A DNA stretch of 64,000 bases from an uncultured Chitinophagaceae bacterium (GTDB lineage: Bacteria > Bacteroidota > Bacteroidia > Chitinophagales > CAIOSU01), in NCBI GenBank assembly GCA_964518215.1, contig CAZFFP010000005.1:15502-79501 (forward strand), in the 5' to 3' direction. Position 1 is the stretch's first letter. Each line of letters opens with the position of its first letter. A program made the translations under genes and the position numbers. The notes beneath the pieces are model-generated. The model was not told where the DNA came from and ran no database searches. It was given only the letters and a program-made list of their open reading frames with translations. Shown here piece after piece: positions 17,297-25,791 of this stretch.

Positions 17297-19198
17297 TCAA
17301 TAAGCTCTTAGATTTTTTCCTTCCATATAATTTATGAAGGCTTTGTTTACTACACGGTTACCGCCCGGGGTAGGGAAATTGCCTGAGAAATACCAGTCGC
17401 CCGTATGATTCGCACAGGCAATATGCAGGCTTTCTATAGATTGATAAATAATCTGAACATTGGAGAAAATATGATTAGGGCGGAGTATTTCTGAAATTTT
17501 ATCGGATATCTGTTCGGCAGTAAAACAATCGTAAAGTGCTTTTACTTCGTTTTTCACTTCTTCAATAGGAAGCTCCAGCGAAAGTTTACATTTCTGGTAA
17601 ACCTCTTGCAGCAAATGTTCAAGATTATTTTCTTTCAGCAAAGCAATCATGGCGCGAAACGCCACAAAATCTTTCAGTTTTGACATGTCAATGCCATAGC
17701 AATCAGGATAGCGAATTTGCGGAGCAGAAGAAACCACAATGATTTTTTTAGGAGCTAATCGATCTAAAATGCTAATGATGCTTTGCTTCAGTGTAGTGCC
17801 GCGCACAATCGAATCATCAAGCACCACAATAGTATCTACATTATTTTCGATTAACCCGTAAGTAACATCATACACATGCGAAACCAATTCATCGCGGGCA
17901 GCATCTTCAGTAATGAACGTGCGCAATTTCACATCTTTAATAGCGAGTTTTTCGATGCGCGGCTTGAACTTTAAAATGTTTTCTATTTGCTCATGTGTAG
18001 CATTCACACCCAGCTTTTTGATTTGGTCGGTTTTGTGTTTGTTCAGATAATCATTCAGCCCATCCATTAATCCGTAAAAAGCCACTTCGGCAGTATTGGG
18101 AATAAATGAAAAAACCGTGTGATGCAAATCGTAATCAATGGCTTTCAGAATGGTATCGGTGAGCAAATGCCCCAATTTTTTTCTTTCCTGATAAATATCC
18201 TTATCGGTGCCGCGCGAAAAATAAATACGCTCGAAACTGCACGATTGTTTAGTGCCCGGTTCGCCAATGGGCAGTTCTTTTACATCGCCATCTTTTTTAA
18301 TTATCAGGGCGTGTGCGGGCTTAAGTTCCTGCACCTGTTCCACCCGAATATTGAAAGCAGTCATAATTGCCGGACGCTCGGATGCTACCACACAAACTTC
18401 ATCGTCTAAATAATAAAAAGCCGGACGAATACCATACGGGTCTCGAATAACAAAGGCATCGCCATGACCTATGAGTCCGGCAATGGAATAGCCACCGTCA
18501 AAATCGCGCACAGAGCGCGAAAGGATGCGCTGCACATCAATATTATCTGCAATCATGTGGCTGATTTCCCTATTGTCGAATCCTTTCTTTTTAAAGGTAT
18601 CGAACTGCCGTTGCACTTCCACATCGAGAAAATGTCCGATTTTTTCCATTACCGTTATCGTGTCTGCTTGCTCCTTAGGGTGTTGGCCAATTTCAATCAA
18701 TTGCTGAATCAAATCGTCCACATTGGTCATGTTGAAATTGCCCGCAAGCGCCAAATTACGAGTCATCCAATTGTTTTCTCTTAAAAACGGATGGCAGGCT
18801 TCAATACTGTTTTTACCATGAGTGCCGTAGCGCAGATGCCCGAGCATGACTTCACCGGTAAACTCCAGATTGTTTTTCATCCAATTGCTGTCGTTGAGCA
18901 GCGCAGGTTCCTTTTCTTCTATTTTTACTAAAGGCTCAAAAATTCTTTGAAAAATATCTTTAATCGGCTGATTGGAGTTAGAGCGGATGCGGTCAATGTA
19001 TTTGAATCCTGGAGCAGGATTGATTTTTATGGTAGCCACCCCCGCACCATCCTGACCACGATTGTGCTGCTTTTCCATCAGTAAATACAATTTATTGAGG
19101 CCGTAGAGGGTATTGCCGTATTTTTTCTGGTAGTAGTCTAAAGGTTTGAGCAGACGAATGAGGGCTATTCCGCATTCGTGTTTAATGGCATCGCTCAT
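17297..19198 (-). CDS. purF: Amidophosphoribosyltransferase (long Bacteroidota-type PurF)
   Basis: 633 aa. N-terminal Ntn-amidotransferase start MSDAIKHECGIALIR with Cys nucleophile. GQDGAGV. PRTase loop VVLDDSIVRGTT. Confidence 0.9.
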   Translation of the reverse strand: MSDAIKHECGIALIRLLKPLDYYQKKYGNTLYGLNKLYLLMEKQHNRGQDGAGVATIKINPAPGFKYIDRIRSNSNQPIKDIFQRIFEPLVKIEEKEPALLNDSNWMKNNLEFTGEVMLGHLRYGTHGKNSIEACHPFLRENNWMTRNLALAGNFNMTNVDDLIQQLIEIGQHPKEQADTITVMEKIGHFLDVEVQRQFDTFKKKGFDNREISHMIADNIDVQRILSRSVRDFDGGYSIAGLIGHGDAFVIRDPYGIRPAFYYLDDEVCVVASERPAIMTAFNIRVEQVQELKPAHALIIKKDGDVKELPIGEPGTKQSCSFERIYFSRGTDKDIYQERKKLGHLLTDTILKAIDYDLHHTVFSFIPNTAEVAFYGLMDGLNDYLNKHKTDQIKKLGVNATHEQIENILKFKPRIEKLAIKDVKLRTFITEDAARDELVSHVYDVTYGLIENNVDTIVVLDDSIVRGTTLKQSIISILDRLAPKKIIVVSSAPQIRYPDCYGIDMSKLKDFVAFRAMIALLKENNLEHLLQEVYQKCKLSLELPIEEVKNEVKALYDCFTAEQISDKISEILRPNHIFSNVQIIYQSIESLHIACANHTGDWYFSGNFPTPGGNRVVNKAFINYMEGKNLRAY

Positions 19199-19404
19199 CA
19201 GGCTGGTAGATTATTAGAATGTAAATTTACGAAAATGCTTTGGCGTTCACTTGTAACGAAAATATTTTTGTGTGGAAAACATAAACTATTCCTAATGGTG
19301 CAATTATCTGCATGTTTCTTAGGTTAATGTACCGAAAGAGTTGCAATTTTTAAAAAGTTTTTTTAACTGATAACATTTGCTGGAATTCGGTAATTTTAAT
19401 TTTC

Positions 19405-19764
19405 ATGAACATCGAAGAATTACAAAACATTTGTTTGAACTTTAAAGGCACCACTCAGGATATTAAGTGGGGCGAACATCTGTGCTTTAATATTGGAGGA
19501 AAAATGTTCATGATAACCTCACCCGACAGGTTCCCGGTAAGTGCATCGTTCAAAACCACTGACGAAGATTTCGACATATTAACATCACAAGAAGGGTTTA
19601 AACCAAGTCCATACATGGCGCGCTATAAATGGGTATTTGTAGAAGATATCAGCCGCCTGTCTAAGAAGCAATGGGGACACTACGCACTTAAATCTTATGA
19701 AATCATTGCCGGAAAACTTCCTAAAAAGACAAAAAAAGAAATAGGCATAACTACTCCGATATAA
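19405..19764 (+). CDS. MmcQ/YjbR-family protein
   Basis: 119 aa. LQNICLNFKGTTQDIKWGEHLCFNIGGKMF is the typical YjbR N-terminus. Its 3' end overlaps the convergent Kelch gene by 14 nt. Confidence 0.75.
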   Translation: MNIEELQNICLNFKGTTQDIKWGEHLCFNIGGKMFMITSPDRFPVSASFKTTDEDFDILTSQEGFKPSPYMARYKWVFVEDISRLSKKQWGHYALKSYEIIAGKLPKKTKKEIGITTPI

Positions 19765-20950
19765 TAATACTGTGGCTAATTGTACCTTTATTTGTTTTGA
19801 CAATCAACCAGTATACTCCACTATTGAATTGATACTCTTTAAGACTAAACATATTCTTTCCTATCTGAAGATTCATTTCTTTAGTCAATAAAATTTTCCC
19901 CTCCGAAGAGAACAGAGCTATGCTTGCATTTTCATTTTCCTCAGATTTAATTATAAGCCGCGAATAATCGGCATTATACCAAACAGAAAGGTGATTGGGT
20001 GCTTTAGCATCGTAAGAAGAAAGAATGTTTTCGGGCTTAAATGCCTCATGTTTATTGCTTGGTCCAAGTCCCTCCTGAGTAGCGCCTCCGGGTATATATA
20101 TAATGCTGTCGCCCAAAGTAACTGCACCAAACCCATGACGGGGTGTTGGCATATCAGGCATTGAAACCCATGAGTTCAAAGCCGGGTCAAACATTTCGTT
20201 TTCACCGAAAACACCTCCTCCTTCTCCACCAAACACAAATAGTTTTCCACCTAAAGCTGCGGCAGCAATACCACTTCTGCCGGTAGGCATAGAGGGTGCA
20301 GTAGTCCAAGTATCTTGTTGCGGGTCATATATCTCAAGAGTAGTCTCAGCATTTTGAAAAGCTCTTCCCGAAACCACATAAATCAAATCGCCAATGGCAA
20401 CTGCAGCATGATGCTCGCGGGGTGTAGGCATAGGCTCTTTATCAACCCAGGTGTTATCGGCAGGGTTATAAACCAAAGTTTCGCTTTGAACTCCGTTATT
20501 GTTAGTGCCGCCAAACACATATATTTTATCGTTCCAAGCGGCAGCAGCGGCAGCTCCCAATGGAATGGGCAAAGGCGCAATGGTATCCCATTGATTGGTA
20601 TTGGCATCGAAAACAAAATTTTCACTCACGGCATTAAAAAACAAAGTGTTATATCCACCCAACACATACATCTTCGATCCAATTACCGCAACAGCATGAT
20701 GATGCCTTGTGGCAGGTGCAGGCGCCATAGCTGACCATGTATTAGCTGCAGGATCATAAGCCTCGTTTACAGAAAGAACAGTTACAGGAAATCCAATACC
20801 TCCTACTACATAAATTTTATCATTTACCAAAGCGCAGGGCATCTCCTGACGGGTAGTAGGCAACGATGCTTTAGTAAACCATTGACCGGTTTGTGCCATT
20901 ACTAAAGCATTAACAAATAAAGTAAACAAAAGAGGCGCGATAAATTTCAT
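19751..20950 (-). CDS. Kelch-repeat beta-propeller protein with T9SS C-terminal domain
   Basis: The track ORF starts at TTG 20992. The ATG at 20950 gives MKFIAPLLFTLFVNALVMAQ (signal peptide). Six Kelch units (IYVVGG / MYVLGG / IYVFGG / IYVVSG / LFVFGG / IYIPGG). The C-terminus ..GVYWLIVKTNKGTISHSIIISE is T9SS CTD-like. Confidence 0.8.
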   Translation of the reverse strand: MKFIAPLLFTLFVNALVMAQTGQWFTKASLPTTRQEMPCALVNDKIYVVGGIGFPVTVLSVNEAYDPAANTWSAMAPAPATRHHHAVAVIGSKMYVLGGYNTLFFNAVSENFVFDANTNQWDTIAPLPIPLGAAAAAAWNDKIYVFGGTNNNGVQSETLVYNPADNTWVDKEPMPTPREHHAAVAIGDLIYVVSGRAFQNAETTLEIYDPQQDTWTTAPSMPTGRSGIAAAALGGKLFVFGGEGGGVFGENEMFDPALNSWVSMPDMPTPRHGFGAVTLGDSIIYIPGGATQEGLGPSNKHEAFKPENILSSYDAKAPNHLSVWYNADYSRLIIKSEENENASIALFSSEGKILLTKEMNLQIGKNMFSLKEYQFNSGVYWLIVKTNKGTISHSIIISE

Positions 20951-21092
20951 TGTGCTTATAAATTTGAATTTAACATTAATTGCTTTTGTCAAAAGTATGA
21001 ATATCTTCTTTAGCGTTGCATTACAAGTCGAACAAATTTAATTAATAAGAATTTTACTCTTTGAAATATTGTGATGGAGTCTGTCCAGCTAA

Positions 21093-21300
21093 TCAGCAAT
21101 ATTGATTGATAGGCATTATTTCAAAAATGGATGTACTTAAAATTTGAAGAATTTCGTCAGGGATTTGATTAAGCATAAATTGCTTTTTTTATTATGGCTA
21201 CAATTACAAAAACTGACGCTGCAATCCACACCTGAATTCTGACTGCATTTTCGCTTTGTTACCAAAAAGATTCTACAGGGAGTTGAAGCTTACAATCAAA
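21093..21300 (-). pseudogene. Relic of the C-terminal end of an IS4-like (DDE) transposase
   Basis: Reverse-strand translation gives ..LQLPVESFW*QSENAVRIQVWIAASVFVIVAIIKK. After a 1-nt shift in an A7 run it continues QFMLNQIPDEILQILSTSIFEIMPINQYC*. This matches my recollection of the conserved F(W/F)G(T/S)SENAV..QIWIA...Y.LVAIIKK...L...LYEILQ.LS C-terminus of IS4-like transposases. It contains an in-frame TAA and a frameshift, and there is no upstream catalytic region. Confidence 0.5.
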
Positions 21301-21804
21301 AAGATACTTATCGTATTTTATAAAAAGAATTTCATTTTATCTGTTGCAGCTTACAAGGGGCATGAAGGTTAGAACACATAAACAGATTGTCTTCATTTTA
21401 CTTACTTATTGTAATTGTAAAACTCAAAAATCCTCTTGTATTTACTTGCTCGCCTCAGACTGCTAAGTCCCCCAAATTAACCTTTATCTATCAATCAAAA
21501 AGTCTCTGACTTTTCCATTACAAGCTCCTCAATCCGGTTTTAATATTTTAACACAAAATGCCCTAACATCTATTAGGCACACTTGCTTTTTTAATCAAGA
21601 GAAAAGTGTGAATCATGCAACGTCTTTCTGAAATTGTGTAACACTATTCGTCTTTGCGCCTATCATCTTTGTAAAATAATTATCAGTTCAAAAAGCATGG
21701 TAAATAAAAGAGAAAAAAAACGAACCGGATGATAATAAAACGACAGGCCGTTACCTGTTGGTAATAATGATATCGAAAAGTGAACAAAAAAATTTTGCAA
21801 CAAA

Positions 21805-23415
21805 ATGAAAATATCTAATAATACACCTCCATCCGAAAACGCAAATGGAAAAATCACTTCAGGCGATAATCTTTCCTTTTGGTTTGCATCGGCAATAAAA
21901 CCCATTGCTTTTGAAAAATTAAACAGTGATGTTGATACAGATATTTTAGTTGTGGGTGGCGGCATTGCCGGACTTACCACTGCCTATTCTCTGGCAAAAG
22001 AAGGGCGCGAAGTAATTTTAGTAGAAGATGGTTTTATAGGAAGCGGTGAAACCGGAAGAACCACAGCACATCTTACCTGCGCATTGGACGACCGATATTC
22101 TGATTTAGAAAAAATATTTGACCAACCCACGGCAAAATTAGCAGCGCAAAGTCATACAGCAGCCATTGAATGGATAGCCAACACCATTCAGCAAAATAAC
22201 ATTGATTGCCATTTTAAACGAGTGGACGGTTATTTGTTTTTGCATCCATCAGATTCGACTGATTCGCTTCAGGAAGAATATAAAGCAACACAACGTGCAG
22301 GGCTTTTAACTGAAATGTTAAATCACACTCCTTCCATTGCGGCAGAGCAACTTGAGTGGTGTATTAAGTTTCCGGAACAGGCGCAGTTTCATATTCTTCT
22401 TTACATGAAAGGACTGGCAGATGCCTTTATACTATCGGGTGGAAAAATTTACACCCAAACAAAAGCCGAAAACATTTCTAAAGAAGGAGCAACAGCAAAC
22501 GGTTTCAAAATAAAAGCGAATCACATTGTAGTGGCTACCAACACTCCCGTTAACGACTGGGTGGCTATACACACTAAGCAGTGGCCCTATCGTTCCTATG
22601 TCATTGGCGCAAAAATTCCGAAAGGAAAATTACCTTACGCCTTATGGTGGGATACGGGCGAACAAAATTCCAAATGGATTTCAAAACCCTATCACTATGT
22701 GCGGTTAGAAGAATTTAATGAACAATATGACATGCTCATTTCAGGTGGCGAAGACCACCGCACAGGGCAGGCAGATGATGAAGATATAAAAGAAACAGAC
22801 CGTTACACCAATCTTGAAGAATGGACAAGAGAACATTTTCCCGCCATTGAAACAATAGAATTCAAATGGAGCGGACAGGTAATGGAGCCGGTAGATTCTT
22901 TAGCATACATCGGGAAAAATCCGGGAGACGATAATATTTACATCATCACGGGTGATTCCGGCAACGGCATGACACACGGCACATTGGGCGGCATGATTAT
23001 AAAAGATATCATCATCGGAAAAGAAAATCCGTGGATTAAAATGTATAGCCCTTCGCGCATCACATTAAATACGTCAGGCGACTATTTGCACGAAGTAGGT
23101 AATATGGTTGCACAATATGCCGACTGGTTGACTCCTGAAGATATAAAACAGACAAACGAGTTAAAGCCCTGTGAAGGAGCAATTATTTCCTCCGGCATGA
23201 AAAAAATTGCCGCCTACCGCGATAAAGAAAATAACGTGCATACATGCTCTGCCGTTTGCCCGCACTTGGGCGCCATACTGCAATGGAATGCCGATGAAAA
23301 AACTTTTGATTGCCCCACACACGGTTCACGCTTCACCGCTCAAGGTAAAGTAATCAATGGACCGGCATCAACCGATTTGAAAATAATAATGATAAAAGAA
23401 GAACAAACTGTTTAA
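21805..23415 (+). CDS. FAD-dependent oxidoreductase fused to a C-terminal Rieske [2Fe-2S] domain
   Basis: 536 aa. Dinucleotide fold DILVVGGGIAGLTTAYSLAKEGREVILVE. C-terminal Rieske ligands: CSAVCPHLGAIL..FDCPTHGSRF (C-x-H ... C-x-x-H). Confidence 0.8.
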   Translation: MKISNNTPPSENANGKITSGDNLSFWFASAIKPIAFEKLNSDVDTDILVVGGGIAGLTTAYSLAKEGREVILVEDGFIGSGETGRTTAHLTCALDDRYSDLEKIFDQPTAKLAAQSHTAAIEWIANTIQQNNIDCHFKRVDGYLFLHPSDSTDSLQEEYKATQRAGLLTEMLNHTPSIAAEQLEWCIKFPEQAQFHILLYMKGLADAFILSGGKIYTQTKAENISKEGATANGFKIKANHIVVATNTPVNDWVAIHTKQWPYRSYVIGAKIPKGKLPYALWWDTGEQNSKWISKPYHYVRLEEFNEQYDMLISGGEDHRTGQADDEDIKETDRYTNLEEWTREHFPAIETIEFKWSGQVMEPVDSLAYIGKNPGDDNIYIITGDSGNGMTHGTLGGMIIKDIIIGKENPWIKMYSPSRITLNTSGDYLHEVGNMVAQYADWLTPEDIKQTNELKPCEGAIISSGMKKIAAYRDKENNVHTCSAVCPHLGAILQWNADEKTFDCPTHGSRFTAQGKVINGPASTDLKIIMIKEEQTV

Positions 23416-23453
23416 CAAAACAATATCAATTCACCATTTAAATAAAAATCAAA

Positions 23454-23852
23454 ATGAAAAAAACAATCTTAGTATTAGCAACTATTGCAATCACCTTTGG
23501 TGCATACGCACAAACCGATTCAATAAACAGAAAAATGTTCCCGCCCGACATCAACAACACCAATGATGGCATGAATCAAAATCGGGACATGGACAACAAT
23601 CAAAAACCTACCGTGCAAGACCGTGCCGTTGACAAATCGCATCCCGATGGAGTAATGATGCAAAACGGAAAAATGGTGATTGTGAAAAACGGTAAGATGA
23701 CCGTATTAGACTATGACATGACTTTGGGCAACGGAACCAAAATAATGAGCAATGGAAATTATGTAAAAAAAGACGGGACCAAAATGACGCTTAGAGAAGG
23801 CGAACACATGGATATGTCAGGCAACATGATTCCCATGAAACCAAAAAATTAA
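23454..23852 (+). CDS. Hypothetical secreted Met/Asn/Gly-rich protein
   Basis: 132 aa. Signal peptide MKKTILVLATIAITFGAYAQ. Reiterated motif: QNGKMVIVKNGKMTVL / GNGTKIMSNGNYVKKDGTKMTL / MSGNMIPM. I cannot name a family with confidence. Confidence 0.55.
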   Translation: MKKTILVLATIAITFGAYAQTDSINRKMFPPDINNTNDGMNQNRDMDNNQKPTVQDRAVDKSHPDGVMMQNGKMVIVKNGKMTVLDYDMTLGNGTKIMSNGNYVKKDGTKMTLREGEHMDMSGNMIPMKPKN

Positions 23853-23884
23853 ATAAAAATTTTTAACCCATAAAATCAGAAAAA

Positions 23885-24463
23885 ATGAAAAGTCAAAAAT
23901 CAAAAACAGCGACTGCTTCCCAAAACGGAAAACAGTCAAAGGGGAAATCAAAAAATGCTTCTATGCAATCATCCCAACTAATGAAATTATTTGAAGATGA
24001 ATTGAAAGACATTTACTGGGCTGAAAAAGCTCTGACCAAAGCAATTCCTAAAATGATTAAGAACGCAACATCAGAAGAATTGATTGAAGCATTAGATAAT
24101 CATTTGGCAGAAACCGAAGAACAAATTACACGATTAGAGCAAATTTTTGAAATACTCGGAAAAAAAGCCACTGCCAAAAAATGTGAAGCCATGGAGGGTC
24201 TGATTAAAGAGGCAGGAACAATCATGGAATCGTGTGAAGAGGGTGCCATGTGCGATGCAGGAATTATTTCGGCTGCACAAAAAGTGGAACATTATGAAAT
24301 TGCTTCTTACGGAACGCTTCGCCAGTTTGCAGAAACCTTAGGTTTAACAGAAATTGAATCGCTACTTGAAGCCACGCTCGAGGAAGAAAAAGCGGCTGAT
24401 GAAAAACTATCAGAGGTAGCAACAGATGCCATCAATATAGAAGCGGCTCACGAAGAAGCATAA
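23885..24463 (+). CDS. Ferritin-like DUF892 (YciE/YciF-type) stress protein
   Basis: 192 aa. LKDIYWAEKALTKAIPKMIKNA..LDNHLAETEEQITRLEQIFEILG..KCEAMEGLIKE..KVEHYEIASYGTL is the typical DUF892 four-helix pattern. Confidence 0.8.
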   Translation: MKSQKSKTATASQNGKQSKGKSKNASMQSSQLMKLFEDELKDIYWAEKALTKAIPKMIKNATSEELIEALDNHLAETEEQITRLEQIFEILGKKATAKKCEAMEGLIKEAGTIMESCEEGAMCDAGIISAAQKVEHYEIASYGTLRQFAETLGLTEIESLLEATLEEEKAADEKLSEVATDAINIEAAHEEA

Positions 24464-24509
24464 TTCAAGGAATGAAAAAAAAATCACAAACATTTAAAAA
24501 TAAACCATC

Positions 24510-24668
24510 ATGGGAAATATTCTTTATATAGTTGCCGTTGTTCTGATAATTTCTTGGGCAATTGGATTTTTTGCCTATAGCGCAGGAGCTATTATTCACA
24601 TACTGCTTGTAATTGCATTAATCTCTTTCCTGATAAAAATTTTCTCGGGAAGTAAAAGTGTAAAATAA
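24510..24668 (+). CDS. Small two-TM membrane protein of the lmo0937 type (below the track size cutoff)
   Basis: Hand-translated: MGNILYIVAVVLIISWAIGFFAYSAGAIIHILLVIALISFLIKIFSGSKSVK (52 aa, ATG 24510, TAA 24666-24668). The ..IHILLVIA.. core and the size match that small-protein family as I remember it. Confidence 0.65.
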   Translation: MGNILYIVAVVLIISWAIGFFAYSAGAIIHILLVIALISFLIKIFSGSKSVK

Positions 24669-24695
24669 AAAGTAAATGCTCCGATAAAGCTGCTT

Positions 24696-24849
24696 CAAAG
24701 AGGCTGTCTCAAAAGTCTGCAAAGCTTCATAAATGTAATCCTGAGTTTTCCTATTGCGTAGAGTAAGAATACAATATCGAAGGATATAGCATTTACAACT
24801 GTTTCATGGTTCAATAAGATGAATGACAGACTTTTGAAACAGCCTCTTG
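24696..24849. repeat. About 154-bp element bounded by 24-nt terminal inverted repeats (MITE-like or long hairpin)
   Basis: Left arm CAAAGAGGCTGTCTCAAAAGTCTG (24696-24719). Right arm CAGACTTTTGAAACAGCCTCTTG (24827-24849). The two are reverse complements with one mismatch in the 23 nt the two arms share. The interior has no ORF. Confidence 0.5.
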
Positions 24850-24884
24850 TTTTATTAAATGGTTAAACATAGCCGAACAACAAA

Positions 24885-25115
24885 ATGATACTTCAATTAA
24901 ATCCTTCGATATTGGTAGAAACTCCCTTAGGAACCGGACAAGCACTATTTATCATTGATTATGGTATGCACCAAAATACATGTTGGGTTATTGCACTCGT
25001 TAAAGATGGGAACATCAAACATTTTGATTGCAACGATGTAATTCTTTCTACCAATTACACTTACGGATTAAACCTAATGAAAAATAAAGAGCCTCATGTA
25101 ATTGATGCATCATAA
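24885..25115 (+). CDS. Hypothetical protein (76 aa)
   Basis: Track ORF with ordinary amino-acid composition and no recognisable motif. It sits between the inverted-repeat element and the degraded toxin-antitoxin pair. Confidence 0.35.
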   Translation: MILQLNPSILVETPLGTGQALFIIDYGMHQNTCWVIALVKDGNIKHFDCNDVILSTNYTYGLNLMKNKEPHVIDAS

Positions 25116-25240
25116 ATAAGCACATAGTAACATTTGCAGCACACAAGGCTATACGGATAGACTAAACAACTGAGACTTGGTATTTATAAATACTTTTGAA
25201 AAGCAGCAGGTATCAACTAACTTAGTTGAAAATATAGGAT

Positions 25241-25418
25241 ATGGTAGTCGTTTTAAAGCGAGGAGCTACAATCAAACAAATCGAACGCGTTAATAAACGT
25301 TTACGTGGCAGGCATGTCAACAAAAAAGAAGTTAGAGGCAAAAAAATTTTGTGACACTATAAAACTCAAAGAGTCTCCCCTGAAAATTCAGAAAAAATTG
25401 AGAGATGAGTGGGAGTAA
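25241..25418 (+). pseudogene. Putative antitoxin of the PIN module, frameshifted in an A6 run
   Basis: Frame 1 reads MVVVLKRGATIKQIERVNKRLRGRHVNKK and then stops. Frame 2 continues ..KKLEAKKFCDTIKLKESPLKIQKKLRDEWE* and ends 14 nt inside the PIN ORF. Joined, they give a 59-aa protein of the kind usually found upstream of Bacteroidota PIN toxins (..K.FCG.LK..EDPL..QK.LRDEW). Alternatively only the 35-aa ATG-25314 ORF is expressed. Confidence 0.45.
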
Positions 25419-25750
25419 TATTGCCTTAGACACCAACATCATTCTTTATCTGCTCGGGGGCGATGAAACTTTAGCCGAGTTTCTGCAAGGCAAAAAAGGA
25501 TATGTTTCAGTTATTACAGAACTTGAATTATTGGGCTATCAGGGTATTACTGCAAAAGAACAATTGCAAATAAAATACTTCCTTGAAAATTGTATAGTTG
25601 TGAACATCAATGAAGAGGTTAAAAACGTTTATGTTCAGTTAGGAAAAAAAATACCGGATGAAATTAGGCGATGCCGTTACTACTGCAACTGCCATATATC
25701 TTGATTTACCGCTTATTACTGCCGACAAAGATTTTAGCAAAATACTATAA
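25405..25750 (+). pseudogene. PIN-domain (VapC-like) toxin, frameshifted in an A8 run
   Basis: N-terminus IALDTNIILYLLGGD and ITELELLGY carry PIN acidic residues. After GGAAAAAAAATA (about 25640-25651) the track frame reads nonsense (IPDEIRRCRYYCNCHIS*). The +1 frame reads YRMKLGDAVTTATAIYLDLPLITADKDFSKIL*, the conserved PIN C-terminus, ending at 25750. Confidence 0.7.
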
Positions 25751-25791
25751 CTTCAACTAACACAATACAATCCGAAATAATCGGTAATCAT

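Noticed and set aside
21301-21800. Further upstream parts of the IS4-like transposase
   Set aside because: Hand translation of the minus strand gave only weak, stop-riddled fragments. I could not support extending the relic beyond about 21300.
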